Assembly: GCA_050916045.1 (NCBI GenBank)
Contig: CP051526.1
Coordinates: 3,968,001 to 4,032,000 of the forward strand
Direction of reading: 5' to 3'
Source: Tepidisphaera sp.
Lineage (GTDB): Bacteria > Planctomycetota > Phycisphaerae > Phycisphaerales > UBA1924
Length of the DNA: 64,000 bases
Shown: one piece after another, positions 48,841 through 57,818 of the stretch
Position numbering within the stretch: position 1 is the first letter of the stretch
Layout: each line of letters starts with the position of its first letter
The notes under the pieces: model-generated
Databases searched by the model: none
What the model was told of the DNA's origin: nothing
Seen by the model: the letters and a program-made list of their open reading frames with translations, nothing else
Program-made: the position numbers and the translations under genes

Positions 48841-49527
48841 TCACCACGGCAGAGCGGACCCGTCGTAGTTCAAAAACCGCCCCGACATCGACAGTTCCGC
48901 CCGGTCGACGATGCCCACCAAGCCGCGCACCGACACCTCCGGTGTCAACGTCGCTTCCTTCCCGCCCATGTCCGTCTGCACCCATCCCGGGTGAGCCATG
49001 ATGCACGTGACGCCCTTGGGCCGAAGCTCATTTGCTAGGCTCACCGTGAGCTGATTCAGCCCCGTCTTGCTCGCCCGATACGCATAGCTCGACCCGCCGG
49101 TGTTGTTCGCGATGCTCCCGAGCTGGCTCGTGATGTTCAGCACCAGCTTGCGGGATCCCGCGACAAGCTTGGGCAGCAGAGCTTTGGTCACAAGCAGCGG
49201 CGCGAACGTGTTCACCCGGAACACCCGCTCAAGCTCCGGCCCCGTGACATCCGCAAGCAGCCGCGCCGGGCTGCTCACCCCCGCGTTGTTGATGAGCACA
49301 TCGATCGCGTCCACACCGCCAAGTCGCTCGGGCAAGCTCTCGATGCTTCCCCAGTCCGACACATCGAGCTCAACCCATCGCACGCCCTGCAGCAAGCCCG
49401 CATCCTCCGGCAGCTTCGCCACGCTCCGGGCCGTCCCAATGACGACCGCCCCGGGCTTTGCCGCAAGCTGTTTCACAAGCTCCAAGCCAATCCCGCGACT
49501 GGCTCCGGTGACGAGGTAGGTGGTCAT
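48841..49527 (-). CDS. SDR oxidoreductase (CsgA/C-factor-like)
   Basis: VTGASRGIG, LINNAG, YRASK and HPGWVQTDMGG. Confidence 0.93.
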   Translation of the reverse strand: MTTYLVTGASRGIGLELVKQLAAKPGAVVIGTARSVAKLPEDAGLLQGVRWVELDVSDWGSIESLPERLGGVDAIDVLINNAGVSSPARLLADVTGPELERVFRVNTFAPLLVTKALLPKLVAGSRKLVLNITSQLGSIANNTGGSSYAYRASKTGLNQLTVSLANELRPKGVTCIMAHPGWVQTDMGGKEATLTPEVSVRGLVGIVDRAELSMSGRFLNYDGSALPW

Positions 49528-49585
49528 GCGTAGAGGGTAGGTGAGAATCGCTTCTTCGACACGCGACGACAGGATACCTCGGCAA

Positions 49586-50836
49586 CTAGAACCACCGGCC
49601 GAGGGCCCAGATGAAAAGCACGATCAACACAATCCCGATGATCTGCCCCAGGCAGCCCTGGGCGATGTCCATGAGGACGGTCGTCACAATCCTCGTGGCC
49701 TTCGAACTCTTCGCTTCTGGCACGGGATCGACGGGCCGCGAGCCCGTGCAGAGATAGAACGTCACATCCTGGATCATCACATCGCGAATCACATCAGACC
49801 ACTCCGTCGCGACGGGAAGCACGATCTCACTCCCCGCACCCCCCACCAACCGACGGTCCGAGCCCACGCCGCGGAGCACACACCGCAGAGCGCTCGGGCC
49901 ACTCGCCGATGGTTGCCGATCATTGACGAGATGGGTGCCGTGAGACTTGAAGTTCCGAGCGAAGATCACCGGACTCTGCCGAATAGCCGCAGAGGATTCA
50001 GCCGCACGCATGAAGGAGAGCGGCTCGACCTCGACCCCGTGCCCGAGACCAAGCTCAACAATCTCGAGCGACGCCGCTTCATTCGCGACGGTCTCAAGCG
50101 TCCGAGGGTCCTCAACGCCGTACCGAGCCTTCGCGATCTCGCGCAGCTCGGTCTCCGAAAGCTCGATCGAATACGCGCCGCGCACCTCGACGTTCCACGC
50201 CGAGGTGCCGTCGGACTCATCCGGCTTCACAGGAACCTGAACGAGAGCGTCGGCGTTGTTCTGCACAAACCGCTTGACCGTCTCGTGGTCGACACGCTGG
50301 GCTCCGAGCACTCGTTTCACGACGAGATCGGACGTGCGCGTCAACGCCAGCAAAAGGTGTTCCGTTCCAACCCACGTCTGTCCCAACCCAAAGGCCTCCT
50401 CCACCGCGTCCGAAACCACACGCTGTGAAGCCGCACTCAGAGAAAGCTTGTCACGGTCATCAGTCTCGGTGTCCACCGAGAACGACCCGCCGGACGCCAA
50501 CTCTCGCACCATACGAGCCAGATCCACCTTCAGCGAAACGAGGGCGTGATACGCGACACCCCGCGGCCCGCGAATGATGGCGACCAGCACGTGACATGGT
50601 TCGATGGATCGCGAGTGAGCCGAAAACAGCAAGGCCAACAACGATCGGTTGGATGACGTCCAGAGATTGGTCGTCATCGCGTACGAATTGGCCAGCCTCA
50701 CAACCTCTCGCGCACGATCCGTAAACCGCTGAACCGGGCGCCCGCACTCGGGGCACTGACCCTGCAGACCGCGCATGTCATAGCCACAGAATGAACATGG
50801 CGACGATGTCGGTCTCGAGTCCGCGTTCACTTCCAC
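49586..50836 (-). CDS. Zinc ribbon + Clp N-terminal double-repeat domain + C-terminal TM protein
   Basis: CSFCGYDMRGLQGQCPECG, RFTDRAREVV...CHVLVAI, VGTEHLLLAL, terminal hydrophobic helix. No AAA+ module. Confidence 0.75.
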   Translation of the reverse strand: MEVNADSRPTSSPCSFCGYDMRGLQGQCPECGRPVQRFTDRAREVVRLANSYAMTTNLWTSSNRSLLALLFSAHSRSIEPCHVLVAIIRGPRGVAYHALVSLKVDLARMVRELASGGSFSVDTETDDRDKLSLSAASQRVVSDAVEEAFGLGQTWVGTEHLLLALTRTSDLVVKRVLGAQRVDHETVKRFVQNNADALVQVPVKPDESDGTSAWNVEVRGAYSIELSETELREIAKARYGVEDPRTLETVANEAASLEIVELGLGHGVEVEPLSFMRAAESSAAIRQSPVIFARNFKSHGTHLVNDRQPSASGPSALRCVLRGVGSDRRLVGGAGSEIVLPVATEWSDVIRDVMIQDVTFYLCTGSRPVDPVPEAKSSKATRIVTTVLMDIAQGCLGQIIGIVLIVLFIWALGRWF

Positions 50837-52210
50837 TCACTTCGACCCGTCATCCCCCGCCGGCTTGATGTCAAACGGCAAGCTCGGGCGCGGACGCTTG
50901 GGAAGCTTCTCCCGCTGTGCCTCGGTCAGGAGCCCGCGGACGGTCTTGACGACCTCCTTGTCCGCTTCCCGCATCTTGTCGCGTGGGTTCTCCGACGAAT
51001 AGAGCTTGTTCATCCGTTCCATCACCTTGGCGCGGGACTCTTCGTCCTTCGCTCCCATGAAATCCGCTTGCACACTCTGCTGCTCGATCATCCGCTCGAC
51101 GGCTTTCGGCCGCAGCTCCTTGAACTTCGCGGCATGCTCCTCCCGTATCTGCTTGATCTTCTCCCGCTGTTCATCCGTCAGGTCTGTCATCGCGGAAGCC
51201 GCCTCGAGCAGACGTTCGCTGTGCATCACGCGATAGATCGCGGGGTACGCCCGAGCGTTGAAGTCCTCCATGAACGCAACCTTCGTCACATCGGGAAGCA
51301 CCGAAGCGATGGCGTTCACCGCGATCTCATTGGCTTTCCGGACGCGCTCGGCGACCTGCGAAGCCTCGCCCATCATCTTCATCATGTCCTGGGTTTCTTC
51401 CTCCGTCGGCTCGTTGTTCATGCCGATGGCTCGCATCTTCGAATCAAGCGGCGCGACGATCCTCGCCAGTTCATCCAAAGCGAAATCCAGCGACTCGAGC
51501 GCCTGCACGACGTGCTTGGCCTGCAGTTCTCCCGGTTGCTCCATCCCCTTCTTCGCGAGCGTCCCCTCGATCGTCGCGCGAACATCCACCAGCGAACCCG
51601 GCGCCATCATCAGAACCTGCGATCGCATCAGCACGTTCCGCCGCTCGGCCATCTCGACTTTCGGCCACTGCTCAAGCTGCGCCGTCGTCGCGAGCGATTT
51701 CAGGTCCTCCATCACGCCCTTGGCCATCGCTTCCCGCTCGGCTTGAATCTCCAGAGCGGCTTTCTTCAGCTCCTCGACGTTCTCCGGGTCCTTGGGGCCT
51801 TCTCCCCGACCGATCGATTCGCCCAGATCCTTGAAAGCCTTGACCATCAGCTCCTGCATCGGCTTGCCCTTGGCTTCGTAGTTCTCAAGCCGCTGGGCGT
51901 ACACGGTCTCGGCCGCTTCCGTCTGATCCTTGTCAAGAGCCAGGATCTTGATGAACATCTTGAAGTCGGCCTTCGTGACGCTCGGGCCGAACATCGCGCC
52001 GAAGACCCCTTCCCCGGACGTCATCCCCGCGGGGTTGAAGTCCATGGGCATGTCCTCGAACATCTCCTCCATCTGCTGCGCGGCCCGCTCCGCCGCTTCG
52101 ATCGCCGCCGGATCGGCCGCCGGCTGATCCTGAGCTTGGACGCTCACCGCAAAGCCCGCGCACAGCGCCAAAGCCGCCGCCCCGACCAATCGCTTGAGCA
52201 TCCCGCGCAT
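50837..52210 (-). CDS. Secreted alpha-helical protein with LTxxQ-like repeats
   Basis: Signal peptide AVSVQA|Q, SD AAGGAGG, Met/Glu/Lys-rich. Motifs LDKDQ, ATTAQ, LTDEQ and LTEAQ. Confidence 0.7.
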   Translation of the reverse strand: MRGMLKRLVGAAALALCAGFAVSVQAQDQPAADPAAIEAAERAAQQMEEMFEDMPMDFNPAGMTSGEGVFGAMFGPSVTKADFKMFIKILALDKDQTEAAETVYAQRLENYEAKGKPMQELMVKAFKDLGESIGRGEGPKDPENVEELKKAALEIQAEREAMAKGVMEDLKSLATTAQLEQWPKVEMAERRNVLMRSQVLMMAPGSLVDVRATIEGTLAKKGMEQPGELQAKHVVQALESLDFALDELARIVAPLDSKMRAIGMNNEPTEEETQDMMKMMGEASQVAERVRKANEIAVNAIASVLPDVTKVAFMEDFNARAYPAIYRVMHSERLLEAASAMTDLTDEQREKIKQIREEHAAKFKELRPKAVERMIEQQSVQADFMGAKDEESRAKVMERMNKLYSSENPRDKMREADKEVVKTVRGLLTEAQREKLPKRPRPSLPFDIKPAGDDGSK

Positions 52211-52319
52211 GATGACCTCCTTGGAGAATTACGAACCACGGCCGCGCTCGTGGCGGCTTGCCCAATATAACCACAATCACCCAAAAGAGTTGCGAAACCC
52301 CGCGATCCCGGACGCTTCG

Positions 52320-54308
52320 TCAGACCACCCGATCTTCCTTCGCAATCCCGAGCGCCGGCCGTACATCGACCTGCACCAGCACCGCCCCGGTCTTCTCCCG
52401 GTGCAGTTGCTTGGCCGTCTCCGGATCAACGTAATCGCTGTGGCACGAAGCCTTGTCCCCCGGCTTCTCCGCGCCCACCGCTTTCTTCGTCTTGCTCGCA
52501 AGCTTGTGGATCTCATCAGGCGACAAAACGCCCCGCTTCTCGAGGATCTCCTGCTGCTCGGGCGTCAGAGCGGCCGACTTCACAGGCTTCCCGCGCTCGA
52601 ACCCCTCCGCTTTCCCGCTCATGAACTCCTGGATCTCCTTGCTGATGCGCACCGAGCACCAGTCGTGCCCGCACATCGCGCAGAAGTCCGTATCGACGTC
52701 CAAATCCTCATCGTGGTACGCCCGGGCCGTGTCGGGATCAAAGCTCAGCTCGAAGTGCTTCTCCCAGTTCAGCGCCGCCCGCGCCTTCGTCAACTCATCA
52801 TCCCGGTCCCGCGTCCCGGGAATCCCCAAGGCCACGTCCGCCGCATGCGCCGCGATCTTGTACGCGATGCATCCCTGCTTCACATCGTCCTTCTTCGGCA
52901 AGCCCAGATGCTCCTTCGGCGTCACATAGCACAGCATCGCCGCCCCGTGGTACGCCATCGCCGTCGCGCCGATGCAGCTCGTGATGTGGTCATACCCCGG
53001 GAACATGTCCGTCACCAGCGGCCCAAGCACATAGAACGGCGCCCCGTGGCAAAGCGTCCGCTGCACCTTCGCGTTCCACTCGATCTGATCAAACGGCACG
53101 TGCCCCGGCCCCTCGATCATCACCTGCACACCCTGCTTCCACGCCCGCTCGGTCAATTCGCCAAGCGTCTCAAGCTCCGCGATCTGCGCCGCGTCCGTCG
53201 CGTCCGCCAAACCGCCCGGCCGCAGGCCATCGCCGATCGAGAACGTCACGTCGTACTGCCGGAGGATCTTGCAGATGTCCTCCCACCGCGTGTACATGAT
53301 GTTCTCCTGGTTGTGGACCAGCATCCACTTCGCCAGGAGACTCCCGCCGCGGCTCACAATCCCGATCAGCCGGTTCTTCACATGCTTGAGGTGCGCCCGC
53401 CGCACGCCCGCGTGGATCGTGAAATAATCGACGCCCTGCTTGGCTTGATGGTGCAGCGAAGCCTCGATCGTCGGCCAATCCAGGTCCTCGATCTTCTTCC
53501 CGATGATCATCGAGTAGATCGGCACCGTCCCGATCGGCACCGTGCTGTTGCGGATGATCGCGTCGCGGCACGCATCCAGATCCCCGCCCGTCGACAGATC
53601 CATGACCGTGTCCGCCCCCCACTTCTCCGCCCACTTGAGCTTCTCAACCTCTTCCTCCGTCCCCGACGAGACCGGCGAAGCACCCATGTTCGCGTTGACC
53701 TTCGTCTTGCTCGCCCGGCCGATCGCCATCGGATCAAGCTTGTACTTCAGGTGGTTGATGTTCGCGGGAATCACCAAGCGGCCCGCCGCGATCTCATCGC
53801 GCACCGCTTCGGCCCCCCTGCCGCCCGAAAGCTCATCAAAGTGCGGCTCGCGCTCGGCCACACGCTTCATCTGCGGCGTCACGCGGCCCAGCCGGGCCCA
53901 CTCAAGCTGCGTCACCGGCGTGAAATTCTTCGGGTACCGCACCTCGAGAATCTCGCCCTTCGCCGTCGCGAACGTCACCGACGGGTGCGACCCCTCAAAG
54001 CACGGAGCTTCGCAGTACCCGTCAAGCTTGGTCCCCGCCGGCATCGTCCGCACGCTCCACCCCTCGGACAGGAAGTCCCACGCCGTCTTCGCGCTCGGCG
54101 CCGGCATGCCCGGAGCATCCGGCGAAGAGAACATCAGCGGCCCGCCAAGGTCAGGAGCGTTCGCGAAGCTTCCGGGCGTCGTCACCCCGCCCGTGCGGCC
54201 GGGGTTCATCCCACCACGGAGAGGAGGAAGAAACCGAACACGCTCCGACGAGCCCGCAGCGCCAGCAAGGGGGGTTCCGTCAGACGTGGCGCGATCAAGA
54301 ATCGACAT
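52320..54308 (-). CDS. thiC: Phosphomethylpyrimidine synthase
   Basis: [53 protein letters not shown] and [18 protein letters not shown]. Confidence 0.97.
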   Translation of the reverse strand: MSILDRATSDGTPLAGAAGSSERVRFLPPLRGGMNPGRTGGVTTPGSFANAPDLGGPLMFSSPDAPGMPAPSAKTAWDFLSEGWSVRTMPAGTKLDGYCEAPCFEGSHPSVTFATAKGEILEVRYPKNFTPVTQLEWARLGRVTPQMKRVAEREPHFDELSGGRGAEAVRDEIAAGRLVIPANINHLKYKLDPMAIGRASKTKVNANMGASPVSSGTEEEVEKLKWAEKWGADTVMDLSTGGDLDACRDAIIRNSTVPIGTVPIYSMIIGKKIEDLDWPTIEASLHHQAKQGVDYFTIHAGVRRAHLKHVKNRLIGIVSRGGSLLAKWMLVHNQENIMYTRWEDICKILRQYDVTFSIGDGLRPGGLADATDAAQIAELETLGELTERAWKQGVQVMIEGPGHVPFDQIEWNAKVQRTLCHGAPFYVLGPLVTDMFPGYDHITSCIGATAMAYHGAAMLCYVTPKEHLGLPKKDDVKQGCIAYKIAAHAADVALGIPGTRDRDDELTKARAALNWEKHFELSFDPDTARAYHDEDLDVDTDFCAMCGHDWCSVRISKEIQEFMSGKAEGFERGKPVKSAALTPEQQEILEKRGVLSPDEIHKLASKTKKAVGAEKPGDKASCHSDYVDPETAKQLHREKTGAVLVQVDVRPALGIAKEDRVV

Positions 54309-54383
54309 CGGCAAGCCTCCTCGTCGGCTCGCCAGACAGGTTCAACGCGCTCGCTCGAATGCCCCGAAAGGGACACGCCGCAA

Positions 54384-54498
54384 GCTCGCTTCCCTCCGCC
54401 GGTGCGAACCGGATCAGGTTCAACGGGTGCATCTCAGCAAGCCTGAATCCCGGAGCATCACGCTCCGAAACCACCTCAGGCTCGCGCCCCGAGCGAAC
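54384..54498 (-). promoter_or_regulatory. TPP riboswitch
   Basis: Minus strand reads GGGG...GCTGAGATGCACCCGTTGAACCTGATCCGGTTCGCACCGGCGGAGGGAAG, directly upstream of thiC. Confidence 0.95.
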
Positions 54499-54558
54499 GC
54501 TCAATCATAGACCCCGGACCACCCTCGCTCCCGCCCCCCAGATCTCACCCAAACCCCC

Positions 54559-55263
54559 TCACTTCTTCTTCGCCATCTTCGCCGCCACCGCCGCCACAAT
54601 CCCAAGCCCGCCCCCGATCGCCGCCGTCACCAGCGTGCGGCTGAAGTCAAACCCCGTCTTCTTCGCCACAAACGCCGACCCCGCATCCACCACCACGCCA
54701 TCCGCCATGCTCTCAAACGACGCAAGCCGGGCGTCGAACCCCGCCGCCGGCGCGTAACAGTGAAGCATGAACGACCCGTTCGCCGTCAAGAACCCGTACG
54801 ACACGCCGAGCACCCGCGTCCCGTCCGGCGCCGTCACGTCCGTCTTGAACACGAACCGCCCCCGCTCACGATCAAGCGACCCCTCGCCGATGCTCATCTC
54901 CCGCACCATGCTCCCCATCGCCTGACGCGTCTTCTCATCCACATCCTGAAGCTTCATCCCAAGCGAACGCTCGATCTCCTCATAGCTCGGCGTCCCCTTC
55001 CACGGCAGCGACTGAAGCAGCGCATAGCTCCCGTCCGGCTTCGCCGGCGCGAGCGCCGCCGCATACACCGGAGCCTGCGCCCCCATGCTCTGGCGGATCG
55101 AAGCGTTCGCTTCCTCGACAACCTCCCTCGGCGCAACCTTCCAATCCGCCGGAATCGTGACCGTCACGCCCAACCCCGCATCGCGATGCGTCTCCTGCGC
55201 CCGCGTGACCGACGGCGCGGCGATCGCCGCAATCCAAAACGACATCCAAACCACCCACGACAT
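54559..55263 (-). CDS. Hypothetical exported protein with C-terminal TM anchor
   Basis: Signal-like N-terminus, VTIPADW, and C-terminal TM followed by KMAKKK. Confidence 0.65.
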   Translation of the reverse strand: MSWVVWMSFWIAAIAAPSVTRAQETHRDAGLGVTVTIPADWKVAPREVVEEANASIRQSMGAQAPVYAAALAPAKPDGSYALLQSLPWKGTPSYEEIERSLGMKLQDVDEKTRQAMGSMVREMSIGEGSLDRERGRFVFKTDVTAPDGTRVLGVSYGFLTANGSFMLHCYAPAAGFDARLASFESMADGVVVDAGSAFVAKKTGFDFSRTLVTAAIGGGLGIVAAVAAKMAKKK

Positions 55264-55304
55264 GTTCACGGCGTTTCTCACAAGCTTGTTCCTCAGGGAA
55301 TGCC

Positions 55305-56132
55305 TCACCGTAGGCCACCACGCCGCGATTCCTCATCGCCCGTGAACCCAAGCTTCCGAGCCGCGGCAACGTTCACCAAACGGCTGAGATCTCGCACATA
55401 CCCGCGGCGGCATACTTCCGGATCAAGCCCCGGCGGCGGCCGGAGGATTCCCTGCGCGAGTGAAAGAAAGCTCGCGATCTCGCCCCGCTCGTCCATCCGA
55501 AGTTCGTCCTGAAGCGTCAGGGTCGTGTGCCCGCGACGGATCATCTCAACCTCGCGAGCGGCGATCGCGATGAGCGGGGTCTCAGTCGCAAGGTCCTTCC
55601 CGGCAAGCTTGGCGGCGGCCACGTAGAAGCCGCGAAGCACCTCTTCTCGCACCGCACCCCCCGGCCCCTCGCCGTGCCGCGGCTTGCGAAATCGCCCCTC
55701 CGCCACCTCGTACACCATCTCGCTTGCGTCTTCGTACGACTCGTGCGTCAGAAAGACATCACAGCCCATCGACTCGCCCATCCGAACCATCAGCTCCGCC
55801 AATCCCGCGTACCGCTCCGCATTCACGTCGCGCGACGGTCCGGAGAGTTCGATGAAGTCCGGTCCGTAGAAGTGAACCACCATCTCAAGCCCGAGCACAT
55901 CAAGCCTGAGCGATGGCCACGGTCCGTCGTCCGAGCCGCCCTTTACGATCACACCCAACCCATCCGCTGGCAGCGGCTCCGCCCGCTCACCCTCCTCGGT
56001 GAGCCACGCGAACCGATACGCATAAAGCGGAACCACGCCCGAAAGAAACCCCGCCCATGCCTCGGCCGTCGCATCAGGGACCGCCAGATCGAAAAGCTGC
56101 CCAAGCTCTTCTTCCGCGAAGAGCTCACGCAT
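55305..56132 (-). CDS. Hypothetical protein
   Basis: Long ORF filling the gap with plausible codon use. Start uncertain (56132 or 56171). Confidence 0.5.
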   Translation of the reverse strand: MRELFAEEELGQLFDLAVPDATAEAWAGFLSGVVPLYAYRFAWLTEEGERAEPLPADGLGVIVKGGSDDGPWPSLRLDVLGLEMVVHFYGPDFIELSGPSRDVNAERYAGLAELMVRMGESMGCDVFLTHESYEDASEMVYEVAEGRFRKPRHGEGPGGAVREEVLRGFYVAAAKLAGKDLATETPLIAIAAREVEMIRRGHTTLTLQDELRMDERGEIASFLSLAQGILRPPPGLDPEVCRRGYVRDLSRLVNVAAARKLGFTGDEESRRGGLR

Positions 56133-56448
56133 CGCTTCAAATGGAAGTGGAATTGCCAGAACGCCGCCCAACAGCGATCAACCCTCTCACCCCGACCGCA
56201 ACCCGATCGCGGCGGATGCGATCGCCTGGATCAAGATAACAGGGCCCCGCCGTCCAGACCCGAAGCGGCGGGCGAGGAAATGAAGGATAATCGACGAGTC
56301 ACCCCCCGTCACGGGGCGATACATGTCGGCGCGGCGTCACGGAAGCGGTTTCCGGGACGTTGCAAGTTTCAGGGGTCCGGCGGGCGGCCCGGGAGGACTG
56401 ACGGCTGTAGCCTGCGAACAATCGCCGCACGCGGGCGTCCCGCTTCTC

Positions 56449-57618
56449 ATGCGAATCCTCCACGTCATCCGCCGCCTCGACCCCTATGAAGGAGGCCCCC
56501 CCGCCGTCGTTTCACGGCTGGCGGCGGCCCAAGCTTCCATGCGCGCGGCGGGGGCCGGTAACGCGCCCGGCGGCCACGACGTCTCGGTCCTCCACCATCC
56601 CGCCGGCTCGCGCGGTCCCGCGTTTGACGCCATTCCCGGGTTCGGCCTGGTCAAGCGCCACGAGATCCCCGAGCCCAAGCTCGCCGCGTGGCTTGATGCC
56701 AACCTCAAATCCTTCGATGTCCTCCACCTTCACGGCGTCTGGGATTCGATCCTCGTCACCGCCGCTTCCAAAGCACGTGCTTCCGGCGTCCCCTACGCCG
56801 TCGTGCCTCACGGCATGCTCGACCCCTGGTCCCTCAACCAGCAGGGCCTCCTCAAGTCCATCAAGAAGAAGGTCTCCCTCGCGCTGACGCACCGGTCTTT
56901 CCTCAACGGCGCTGCTTTCCTCCACGTGCTCAACGCCGACGAGGGCCGCTTGCTCGCGCCACTCAAGCTCAAGCCCGAGCCCATCGTCATCCCCAACGGC
57001 ATCTTCCTCGAGGAAGTGACGCCCCTTCCCCCCGCCGGCACCTTCCGAGCCAAACACCCCGAGCTCGGTTCGGACCCCTACATCCTCTTCCTCTCACGCC
57101 TCCATCACAAGAAGGGCCTCGACGTTCTCGCCGAAGCGTTCGCGCTCGTCGTCAAGGACATGCCCAATGCCCGCCTCGTCGTCGCCGGCCCCGACGGCGG
57201 CGCGGAAGCCCCCTTCCGCTCGCAGATCCAGCGACTCGGCCTCGCCAATCGCGTCCACCTCACCGGCCCGCTCTTCGGCACCGACAAACTCGCCGTCTTC
57301 CGCGACGCAAGCGTCTTCTGCCTCGCAAGCCGCCAGGAAGGCTTCAGCATGGCCGTCACCGAAGCCCTCGGCTGCCGCTGCCCCGTCGTCATCTCCGACC
57401 AGTGCCACTTCCCCGATGTCGACGAGGTGAAAGCCGGCTTCGTCGTGCCGCTCAGCGCCCCCGCCACCGCCGCCGCACTCCTCAAGATCCTCCGCATGCC
57501 CGCGCACGAAGGGCAAGCCATGGGCGCCCGCGGCCACGACCTCGTCGCCGCCCGCTACACCTGGCCCGCCATCGCCGCCCAGTCCATCAGCGTCTACGAA
57601 CGCCTCCTCCGCAAGTGA
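56449..57618 (+). CDS. Glycosyltransferase family 4
   Basis: MRILHVI...GGP, LHLHGVW, PHGMLDPW, FLSRLHHKKG and SRQEGFSMAVTEAL. Confidence 0.92.
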   Translation: MRILHVIRRLDPYEGGPPAVVSRLAAAQASMRAAGAGNAPGGHDVSVLHHPAGSRGPAFDAIPGFGLVKRHEIPEPKLAAWLDANLKSFDVLHLHGVWDSILVTAASKARASGVPYAVVPHGMLDPWSLNQQGLLKSIKKKVSLALTHRSFLNGAAFLHVLNADEGRLLAPLKLKPEPIVIPNGIFLEEVTPLPPAGTFRAKHPELGSDPYILFLSRLHHKKGLDVLAEAFALVVKDMPNARLVVAGPDGGAEAPFRSQIQRLGLANRVHLTGPLFGTDKLAVFRDASVFCLASRQEGFSMAVTEALGCRCPVVISDQCHFPDVDEVKAGFVVPLSAPATAAALLKILRMPAHEGQAMGARGHDLVAARYTWPAIAAQSISVYERLLRK

Positions 57619-57641
57619 ACCGCTCTCCACGCACCCGCCGC

Positions 57642-57740
57642 AAAAGTGGAGCGGCCGCACGCTGACGCGTGCGGCCGCCCGGAGGGAGAAGAGAGAGACC
57701 GTCCTCGCGACGACCCAGCCGCCGCGCGTGAAATCAGTGG
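57642..57740 (-). ncRNA. Candidate small RNA with an anti-SD CU tract
   Basis: Has its own sigma70-type promoter, TCTCTCTCTTCTCCCTCC, a 12-14 bp terminator stem and TTTT. Lies between convergent genes. Confidence 0.6.
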
Positions 57741-57745
57741 TGCGG

Positions 57746-57775
57746 ATTATGGCCGCAACCTGGTCGGTTTGTCAA
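57746..57775 (-). promoter_or_regulatory. Sigma70-type promoter
   Basis: TTGACA-N18-CATAAT with an AT-rich upstream tract (AACAAAACTTAAATT). Confidence 0.7.
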
Positions 57776-57818
57776 ACTGGGTAATTTAAGTTTTGTTCGG
57801 CATCCGGCCGGGCTTTGC

